DNA of 64,000 nucleotides, taken from assembly GCA_016192135.1 (NCBI GenBank), contig JACPUR010000014.1, positions 10,909 through 74,908 of the forward strand, given 5' to 3'. Source of the DNA: Candidatus Tectimicrobiota bacterium. Lineage in GTDB: Bacteria; UBA8248. This document shows, piece after piece, positions 46,302 to 53,050 of this stretch. Below the pieces are notes generated by a model, which was not told the origin of the DNA, did not search any database, and saw only the letters and a list, made by a program, of their open reading frames with translations. Position 1 is the first letter of the stretch. Each line of letters starts with the position of its first letter. The position numbers were made by a program, and so were the translations under genes.

Positions 46302-46469
46302 CCGAGGCGCGCCGCAGGGGGGGAATTGACCACAGGGGCGGAGGGCGCGTCAAGGCCCACCCGCCGGTTCCCCCCGCCGCTCCCCGGGACTATCCTACGC
46401 CAGAACCATGCCCTCATCCCCCGGTCCCGGGCGGGCCGCCCGGGGCCGGAGCCGCCTCGGGAGAACGCG

Positions 46470-47831
46470 ATGCGCCTCAGCGTGGCCAGCAACTACGACC
46501 CCCGGCTGGTGGAGGGGCTCGCCGGGTACCCGGTGGAGGAGGTGTACGGGAAGCTCCCGGCGGACTGCCTGGGGGGCGGGCGGGCGAGCTACATGCTGGG
46601 GCCGCTCTCCCGGCGGCGGCTGGCGGAGCACGCGGCGCACGTGCGGCGGGCGGGGATGCGCTTCAACTACCTCCTGAACGCGGCCTGCTGGGACAACCGG
46701 GAGACCACCCGCCGGGGGCAGCGGGAGCTGCGGGGGCTGCTCGACTGGATCGTCTCCATCGGGGCGGGGGCGGTGACGGTCTCCATCCCCTCCATCCTGG
46801 CCCTGATCAAGCGGAGCTACCCGGCCCTCCACACGCGGGTGAGCGTGTTCGCGTGCGTGGACAGCGTGCAGAAGGCGCGCTACTGGGAGGACGCGGGGGC
46901 GGACTGCATCTGCCTGGACAGCCTCCAGGTGAACCGGGAGTTCCGGGCGCTCGAGGCCATTAGGCGCCACGTCTCCTGCGACCTCCAGCTCCTGGTGAAC
47001 AACAGCTGCCTCCAGCACTGCTCCCTCGCCCACGCCCACATGACTCACCTGGCGCACGCCTCCCAGAAGGGCCACGCCTCGGGCGGCTTCCTCGTGGACT
47101 GGTGCTTCCTAAAGTGCACCGCCATGAAGCTGGACGACCCGGTGAACTACATCCGGGCGGACTGGATCCGGCCCGAGGACCTGGGCGAGTACGAGCGCCT
47201 GGGCTACGAGAACTTCAAGATCGTGGAGCGCAACGCCCCGACGGACCTCCTCCTCGCGCGCGTCAAGGCGTACAGCGAGCGCCGCTACGAGGGGAACCTC
47301 CTGGACCTGGTGCAGCCCTACGGCCACGGGGAGAGGTGGCGGAAGGGGGAGGACACGGGCCGGGCCCGGCGCTGGCGGCTCCGGCACCTCGTCCGCCCCT
47401 GGAAGCTGGGGCTCTCCCCGGCCCTTCGGCTCAAGGCGCTGGCAGAGGCGCGGGGCTTCCTCCCGGGGACGAACGGCGGGGCGCTTTCATCCGGCGAGAC
47501 GAACGGCGGGCCGCTTCACGAGAAGAACGGCGGGCCGATGCACTCCGGCGAGTCGAACGGCGGGGCGGCGGGTGCCGGCGGGAGAAACGGCGATCCGGTG
47601 TATGTGGACAACCGGGCGCTCGACGGCTTCATCGAGCGCTTCCGGAGGCTCGGCTGCCGGGATGTCTCCTGCGAGGCCTGCGGCCACTGCCGGGAATACG
47701 CCGGGCGGGCGGTGGTCATCGACCCGGCCTTCCGGGAGCGGTGCCGGGCGCTCTACGCCTCCCTCTTCCGGGACATGGACACGGGCGCCTTCTTCGGGTG
47801 CGCCCCGCGGAGGGGTGAGCACGTCTCGTGA
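46470..47831 (+). CDS. peptidase U32 family protein (UbiU/UbiV/RlhA/TrhP-type Fe-S hydroxylase family) with a C-terminal extension
   Basis: MRLSVASNYDPRLVEGL…, a central Cys cluster (SCLQHC…WCFLKC), an Asn-Gly-Gly repeat tract and a CRDVSCEACGHC tail. Trimmed from ORF 46326-47831. Confidence 0.7.
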   Translation: MRLSVASNYDPRLVEGLAGYPVEEVYGKLPADCLGGGRASYMLGPLSRRRLAEHAAHVRRAGMRFNYLLNAACWDNRETTRRGQRELRGLLDWIVSIGAGAVTVSIPSILALIKRSYPALHTRVSVFACVDSVQKARYWEDAGADCICLDSLQVNREFRALEAIRRHVSCDLQLLVNNSCLQHCSLAHAHMTHLAHASQKGHASGGFLVDWCFLKCTAMKLDDPVNYIRADWIRPEDLGEYERLGYENFKIVERNAPTDLLLARVKAYSERRYEGNLLDLVQPYGHGERWRKGEDTGRARRWRLRHLVRPWKLGLSPALRLKALAEARGFLPGTNGGALSSGETNGGPLHEKNGGPMHSGESNGGAAGAGGRNGDPVYVDNRALDGFIERFRRLGCRDVSCEACGHCREYAGRAVVIDPAFRERCRALYASLFRDMDTGAFFGCAPRRGEHVS

Positions 47832-47931
47832 GGGCGGTTCCCCGCGCCGCCGCCCTTGACGCGGGGCGGCTTTCACTCGGCGCGCCCCTTGACGCGGCGC
47901 GCCGGGCCGCGTAAACCTTGGGTCCTCTCCT

Positions 47932-48007
47932 GTGCCGCTAGCTCAGCCGGTAGAGCAACGGACTTTTAATCCGTAGGTGCCGGGTTCGACCCCCGGGCGG
48001 CACACCA
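47932..48007 (+). tRNA. tRNA-Lys (anticodon UUU)
   Basis: 76-nt cloverleaf: GTGCCGC/GCGGCAC acceptor stem, ACGGA-CTTTTAA-TCCGT anticodon arm, CCGGG-TTCGACC-CCCGG T arm, encoded CCA. Confidence 0.95.
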
Positions 48008-48032
48008 ATTTTTGGCCCGCCGGCCACTTGGG

Positions 48033-48575
48033 TCACTTGCCGCCGCTCTCCTTGGTGATCCCCAGGCTCGCCTCGGCGTTCGCGAGATATTCCCCGATGC
48101 GGCCCCGCTCGGCGTCGATCTTGTTCAGCACTTCCACGAAGGCGGCGGCCCTCTCGGGCGAGCCCTCCCGCTGCTGGAGGGAAATCTTGTCGATCTCCGT
48201 CTCCGCCGTGCTCATCAGCCGCCGGATGTCGTGGACCGCCCTCCGGTGGACGTTGTGGAGCATGCCGCCCGGCCAAAGGCCGTCGATGGCGACGCAAATC
48301 CCGGCGACGAGCGCGAGGACGCCCACCAGCTGCTCGCTCGCCCCCACGGTGGCCGAGGCCGCACTGACGGCCGAGCTCGCGATGGCGGGCAGCTTGAAGC
48401 CCCAAAAACGCACGAAGTCCCACCGGGCGTCCCGGTTGTTCCGCCTGGCCCAATCCGACAGATGGGCGAGGTGCTTCCGGATCCGCTCCTCGTCGCTCTG
48501 CGGCTTCCCGCCGCCTCCCCCTCCGCCGCCGAATTCCCCCATGGGTGCGAGCACTGGATGCCGGCGCTCGAACAT
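48033..48575 (-). CDS. 2-TM protein, possibly SLATT/DUF4231-like
   Basis: 180 aa: poly-Gly N-terminus, an amphipathic helix, two adjacent TM helices (LPAIASSAVSAASATVG / LVGVLALVAGICVAIDGLW), then a helical tail. The family call is by architecture only. Confidence 0.45.
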   Translation of the reverse strand: MFERRHPVLAPMGEFGGGGGGGGKPQSDEERIRKHLAHLSDWARRNNRDARWDFVRFWGFKLPAIASSAVSAASATVGASEQLVGVLALVAGICVAIDGLWPGGMLHNVHRRAVHDIRRLMSTAETEIDKISLQQREGSPERAAAFVEVLNKIDAERGRIGEYLANAEASLGITKESGGK

Positions 48576-48652
48576 CTCCCGCCCCCCTCAGCCGGAAACC
48601 GCCCTATCCGCCCATTCGATTCCTGCCCATCCCGTATTCCATATTCTACTAC

Positions 48653-48700
48653 GAAAAATCCAAAGGCTTCCAGGCGCGATTCCGGGGGGACGCGGAAGCC
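48653..48700 (-). terminator. intrinsic terminator of the DUF1573-like gene
   Basis: Minus-strand hairpin GGCTTCC…GGAAGCC (48700-48665) followed by TTTGGATTTTT. Confidence 0.55.
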
Positions 48701-48708
48701 TTCGCCGA

Positions 48709-49143
48709 TCAATTCAGCGTGAAGTCGGCCTTGATGTGGAGCTCGACGGCGGGCCTCCGGGGATCGTTCGTCTCGAGGCGGATGAGGAAGTGGTGCGGCC
48801 CCTCCATCCCCTGGGTCATGGTGAAGGCGATGTCCACGAAGCCTTCCTGGCCGGGCGTCAGGGTTGTGGGACCCACAACCGCGCGGGGGGGTCAGCAGCC
48901 CTCCAGGGCCCTGGCCTGGAGGGTGTTCCCCGGCGGGAGGGAGTTCGTGATCTTGAGGGGGGCGTCGCCCGTGTTCTTGAACGCGAAGCGGTGCCGCACG
49001 TACTGCCCGACGGGCACCTTCCCGTAGTTCACCTCGGAGCCCCGGACCTCGATGCTCGGGGAGCCCGAGCCGCAGGCGGCCGCGAGCGGCAGGAGGAGAC
49101 ACAGGGAAGCCGGGATTCTCCCAATGCGCCATTTCTTCGGCAT
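48709..49143 (-). CDS. DUF1573-like lipoprotein with an in-frame UGA (candidate selenocysteine, …LEGC-U-PP…)
   Basis: Lipobox LLLPLAAAC and a DUF1573-type VNYGKVPVGQYVRHRFAFKNTGDAPLKI motif. There is a TGA at 48892-48894, and the frame continues for 61 codons with the same codon bias to TGA 48709-48711. A SECIS-like hairpin lies 11 nt after the UGA. Confidence 0.55.
48862..48880 (-). other. SECIS-like stem-loop GGUUGUG-GGUCC-CACAACC
   Basis: Perfect 7-bp stem with a GGUC-containing loop, beginning exactly 11 nt 3' of UGA 48894-48892. Compare the E. coli fdhF upper SECIS, GGUUGCA-GGUC-UGCACC, at the same spacing. Confidence 0.5.
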
Positions 49144-49218
49144 GTCGGCGAGCCTCTCGAATGAAAACGACAATCGCGGCGCTGGCCAGGGGAAAACTCC
49201 AGCCCGCCGCCCCCCAGT

Positions 49219-49593
49219 CTACGCCGCGCAGAAGACCTCGACCAGGTTGCCGGAGGGATCGCGGAAGAAGAGCTGGCGCATGCCGAGCCGGGCGTTGATC
49301 CCGTCCTGGACCGCGACGCCCCGGCCCTCGAGGTAGCGCTTCACCCGGTCCAGGTCCTCGGCGGCGAAGGCGAAGTGGGTCTCCCCCGCCCCAGTGCCGG
49401 GAAGGGGGCGGCCCCTCTCCTCCTCCGGGCGCACCGTCAGGTGGAGCTGGCAGGCGCCCGCCTGAAACCACTTGCCCGGGTTGGGGAGGCCCGGCCGGGG
49501 GATCTCGGCGAGCCCCAGGAGGCCCGCGTAGAACTCCCGGGCCCGCTCCAGGTCGTCCACCGCGATCGAGATGTGGTGCATCCCCTTCAGCAC
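49219..49593 (-). CDS. VOC/glyoxalase family protein
   Basis: MHHISIAVDDLERAREFYAGLLGL… …FFRDPSGNLVEV. GTG 49593 follows GGAGG; the ORF track start at 49692 lies in a repeat element. Confidence 0.75.
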   Translation of the reverse strand: MLKGMHHISIAVDDLERAREFYAGLLGLAEIPRPGLPNPGKWFQAGACQLHLTVRPEEERGRPLPGTGAGETHFAFAAEDLDRVKRYLEGRGVAVQDGINARLGMRQLFFRDPSGNLVEVFCAA

Positions 49594-49687
49594 GGGCGCG
49601 GCCTCCAGCGGAGAATTCCCCCGCTTTTCCCTTGGCTTTCGCGGGCGCCCATCATACCATTCCCCCGTCCCAGGATCGTTTTGGCCC

Positions 49688-49812
49688 GTCATTCTGAACT
49701 CTGCGCGGAGTTTATCCTGAGCGAAGCGAAGGACTCAGGACAGGCTCCGCGAAGCGGAGTGAAGAATCTGTTTCTTGTTTAGAAGCAGGTTCTTCGCTGC
49801 GCTCAGAATGAC
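49688..49812. repeat. family-B inverted-repeat element (long form)
   Basis: GTCATTCTGAAC…CTGAGCGAAGCGAAGGACTCAGG…GAAGAATCTGTTTCTTGTTTAGAAGCAGGTTCTTCGCTGCGCTCAGAATGAC. Confidence 0.6.
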
Positions 49813-49845
49813 GGCTCCCGCCCACCACCGCGCCCGGAGGAAACG

Positions 49846-50283
49846 ATGGAGCCAGGGGAGCTGCTCATTGTCCTCACCGCCGGTTTCTTCGCCACCTACG
49901 TCCATCTCGTCCTCGCCCTGTGGGCCGGCCGGGTGGGCATGGCGCGCCTCGACTTCTCGAAGGGCCTGGCCCACCTCTGCTTCGGGGAGTCCTACGAGGG
50001 CCGCCCCCCGGTGGCGCTGGGCTTCCTCCTCGTCCATCTGAACGGGATGTTCTTCGCCCTCCTCTACGCCTACGGGCTGGGGCGCCACCTGCCCGGCCCG
50101 CCCCTGGCGAGAGGCCTCCTCTTCGGGGCCCTCCTCTGGGCGGGCTCCCAGCTCGTCTTCAATCCCCTGGTGACCGGGCACGGCTTCTTCGCCCGCAAGG
50201 CGCACCCCCGGGCCTGGATGACGGCGGTGCTCGCCCACGCGGTCTACGGGGCGGTGCTGGGCTGGCTGTGCCCGGTCCGCTAG
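49846..50283 (+). CDS. small integral membrane protein
   Basis: 145 aa with about 4 hydrophobic helices. Confidence 0.55.
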   Translation: MEPGELLIVLTAGFFATYVHLVLALWAGRVGMARLDFSKGLAHLCFGESYEGRPPVALGFLLVHLNGMFFALLYAYGLGRHLPGPPLARGLLFGALLWAGSQLVFNPLVTGHGFFARKAHPRAWMTAVLAHAVYGAVLGWLCPVR

Positions 50284-50484
50284 CCGGGTATGATGGGGGC
50301 ATGAGGACCCTCGCCGGAACTCCCGCATGATGCATCTCCGTCTGTCTCACTTAAGGCTCCGGCCTCTTTCGGGCGGCCAAGCATCCTTCGGCGGCATCCC
50401 CCTCCCCCGCCGGGGGAGGGCCGGGGCGGGGGAAAGAATTCGCGGCGCGGATGTTTTCCCCCCATCCTTCTCCCGCCCCGTACA

Positions 50485-51951
50485 ATGGGACGCCGCCCCA
50501 TGAGCGCCTGGCCCCCCGAGACGGGCAGCCTCGACTTCTCGACCCTTCGCGCCCATTATGCGGAGGGCTCCCTCTCGCCAGTCGAGGTGGCGCGGGCGGC
50601 CCTCGCCCGCATCGCCCGGGGGGACGAGAAGGCCTGGATCAGCCGCGTCCCGGAAGAAGACGTCCTCCGCCGCGCCGGTGAGCTGGAAGCGCTGGCCGCC
50701 CGGCAGGGGATGGAGCGCGCCCTGGCGGAGCTCCCCCTCTTTGGCCTCCCCTTCGCCGTCAAGGACAACATCGACATTGCGGGCCTCCCCACCACGGCCG
50801 CCTGCCCCGCCTTCGCCTACGCGCCCTCCAAATCCGCGCCCGTGGCCGGGCGCATCCTCGAGGCGGGGGCGGTGCTCCTCGGCAAGACCAACCTCGATCA
50901 GTTCGCGACGGGGCTGGTGGGGGTGCGCTCCCCCCATGGGGCGCCGCGCAACCCCTTCGACGCGCGCTACATCCCGGGCGGGTCGAGCTCGGGGTCGGCC
51001 GTGGCGGTTTCGGCGGGGCTCGCGAGCTTCGCCCTGGGGACCGACACGGCCGGCTCGGGCCGGGTGCCGGCGGGCTTCACCAACATCGTGGGGCTGAAGC
51101 CCACCCGGGGGCTGGTGAGCGCCTCCGGGGTGGTGCCCGCCTGCCGCTCGCTCGACTGCGTCTCCGTCTTCGCTCTGACCGCGCCGGACGCCCTCGGTGT
51201 CCTCCGCGTGATGGCCGCCGAGGACCCGGAGGACCCCTACTCGCGCCCGGCCCCGGGGGGATGGCCCTTCCCTGCGGAGCCGCTGGACGGCCTGCGGGTG
51301 GGCGTCCCCCGGGCGAATGAGCTGGAGTTCTTCAGCGACGGGGAGGCGGAGCGGCTCTTCTCCTCGGGCCTCGCGAGGCTGGCGGAGCTCGGCCCCCGGC
51401 TGACGGAGGCGGATTTCAGGCCCTTCCGGGAGACGGCGGACCTCCTCTACGGCGGCCCCTGGATGGCCGAGCGCCTGGCGGCCGTCGGGGAGTTCATGGA
51501 CAAAAACCCGGAGGCGCTCCATCCGGTGACCCGCCGGCTCATCGAGGGCGGGCGCCGGTACACCGCCGCGGACGCCTTCCGCGCCATGTACCGGCTGGAG
51601 GCGCTGCGGAAGGAGGCGGCGCGGGGGTGGGAGGGGATGGACCTCCTCGCCGTCCCCACCTCGGGGACCATCTACACCATCGCTCAGGTGGAAGCCGACC
51701 CCATCGATCTGAACAACAATCTGGGCCGCTACACCAACTTCGTGAACCTGCTTGACCTCGCCGCCATCGCCATCCCGAATGCCCTGGACGCGCGCGGCCT
51801 CCCCGCCGGGATCACCCTCGTCGCCCCCGCCTTCCGGGAGGGCCTGCTGTGCGCCCTGGGGGACGCCTTTCACCGCGCCACGGGATTATGTCTGGGGGCG
51901 GGCGGGAATCCGGTTCCGCCCGCTTCCGGGAATCCGCCAGGATTTTCGTAG
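50485..51951 (+). CDS. amidase-signature enzyme, allophanate hydrolase-like
   Basis: LPLFGLPFAVKDNIDIAGLPTTAACPAF… …GKTNLDQFATGLVGVRSP… …GGSSSGSAVAV. Confidence 0.85.
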   Translation: MGRRPMSAWPPETGSLDFSTLRAHYAEGSLSPVEVARAALARIARGDEKAWISRVPEEDVLRRAGELEALAARQGMERALAELPLFGLPFAVKDNIDIAGLPTTAACPAFAYAPSKSAPVAGRILEAGAVLLGKTNLDQFATGLVGVRSPHGAPRNPFDARYIPGGSSSGSAVAVSAGLASFALGTDTAGSGRVPAGFTNIVGLKPTRGLVSASGVVPACRSLDCVSVFALTAPDALGVLRVMAAEDPEDPYSRPAPGGWPFPAEPLDGLRVGVPRANELEFFSDGEAERLFSSGLARLAELGPRLTEADFRPFRETADLLYGGPWMAERLAAVGEFMDKNPEALHPVTRRLIEGGRRYTAADAFRAMYRLEALRKEAARGWEGMDLLAVPTSGTIYTIAQVEADPIDLNNNLGRYTNFVNLLDLAAIAIPNALDARGLPAGITLVAPAFREGLLCALGDAFHRATGLCLGAGGNPVPPASGNPPGFS

Positions 51952-51975
51952 GGGCGATCGGCCGGTCGCCCCTAC
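51948..51975. repeat. family-A REP-like palindrome GTAGGGGCGATCGGCCGGTCGCCCCTAC
   Basis: Read directly; it overlaps the stop of the amidase gene. Confidence 0.65.
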
Positions 51976-52071
51976 GGGGCAGGACGCGGCCCCGCTTGCC
52001 CTCTTCGCCCGTTTCCGGAACAATCCCCGGACACCCTCACGCGGCGGATCATTCGGCTCGGCGGGACCGGC

Positions 52072-52515
52072 ATGGAAAAGCCCGAGTACGTCTGGGAGAA
52101 CCTTTCCCCCGGCACGGTGATCGGGGAGCGGGCGATCACCGTCACCCCGGAGATGGTGGCCGCCCACTGCGAGGCGCTGGGGGCGGACCGCCCGTGGTAC
52201 CGGGGAAATTCTCCCTTCGGCGGCCCCATCGCGCCCCCGATGATCTTCATCAACGATCTCATCGCCATCAATGACGAGAACTTCCGCCGCTTCGGCACCA
52301 TCCACGCCAAGCTCTCCTGGCGCTTCGGCCGGCCGGCGCGGGTGGGCGAGCGCGTCCACCAGAAGGCCACGGTGAAGGACCGCTACGTCCGGCGCGGGAA
52401 GGGCTGGGTGGTGAGCGAGCTGGTGGTGCGCGGGGAGGCGGGGGACGTGATCTGCACCTGCCTCCACACCTCGGTCCTGAGCCTGACGCGGCTCCAAGGG
52501 GAGCCGGCGCCGTGA
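52072..52515 (+). CDS. hotdog-fold protein (MaoC N-terminal-like partner)
   Basis: 147 aa; overlaps the next gene by 4 nt (GTGA). Confidence 0.65.
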   Translation: MEKPEYVWENLSPGTVIGERAITVTPEMVAAHCEALGADRPWYRGNSPFGGPIAPPMIFINDLIAINDENFRRFGTIHAKLSWRFGRPARVGERVHQKATVKDRYVRRGKGWVVSELVVRGEAGDVICTCLHTSVLSLTRLQGEPAP

Positions 52516-52955
52516 GCGGGGGCCTGCCACGTCCGGAGGCGCTGCGGCCCGGCGACGCCCTGCCGCCCCTCTTCCGCGCGATCGGCCGGGAGGACATGCT
52601 GCGGTTCAACCGCTACGTCACTGGCGGCCGGGACACGCGGAACATCCACACGGACGACGAGGTGGCCCGCCGGGCCGGTCTCCCCCGGGCCGTGGCCGCG
52701 GGCCGGCATCCGGCGGCCTTCATCGCGGAGCGGATGGCGGACCTGCTCGGCTCGGGCTTCCTGGCCGGAGGGGAGTTCGAGGTGACGTTCGTCAAGCCCA
52801 TCTTCCCGGGGGACGTGCTCCAGCTGACCGCCAAGGTGCGGGAGAGGGTGGAGGAGGAAGGGAGAGTCCGCCTCGTCTTCGAGGTCGCCCTGCTGAACCA
52901 GGACGGCGCGCCCGTCATTGTGGGAACGGCCGACGGAGGTCTGGATTCGGGCTAG
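52512..52955 (+). CDS. MaoC-like dehydratase hotdog protein
   Basis: …RFNRYVTGGRDTRNIHTDDEVARRAGLPRAVAAG… GTG start. Confidence 0.8.
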   Translation: MSGGLPRPEALRPGDALPPLFRAIGREDMLRFNRYVTGGRDTRNIHTDDEVARRAGLPRAVAAGRHPAAFIAERMADLLGSGFLAGGEFEVTFVKPIFPGDVLQLTAKVRERVEEEGRVRLVFEVALLNQDGAPVIVGTADGGLDSG

Positions 52956-53050
52956 TCTCATTTTGGAACAGTCCCCCCGCGTTTTTCTTTTTTTCACGAG
53001 GGCACCCCGCCTTTCAAAACCGTTTCTGGCCCCCGAGAGATATAATAAGA

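Noticed and set aside
47856-47917. Duplicated CCCTTGACGCGG motif and TTGACG-17-TAAACC as the tRNA-Lys promoter.
   Set aside because: The -35 is plausible but the -10 is poor. I cannot distinguish it from chance in GC-rich DNA without transcript data, so it is not listed as a feature.
46226-48007. A functional link between the U32 gene and the flanking tRNAs (TrhP-like tRNA U34 hydroxylation).
   Set aside because: ho5U34-type modification concerns U34 tRNAs of four-codon boxes. The neighbours are Thr-CGU (C34) and Lys-UUU, so adjacency is most likely coincidental.
48892-49173. Treating the 93-aa ORF as the complete gene, or the locus as a simple pseudogene.
   Set aside because: The downstream 61 codons are in the same frame, keep the same codon bias, complete the domain and are followed by the only terminator. 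The hairpin at 11 nt fits a SECIS. Pseudogene or sequencing error remains the alternative if no Sec machinery exists.
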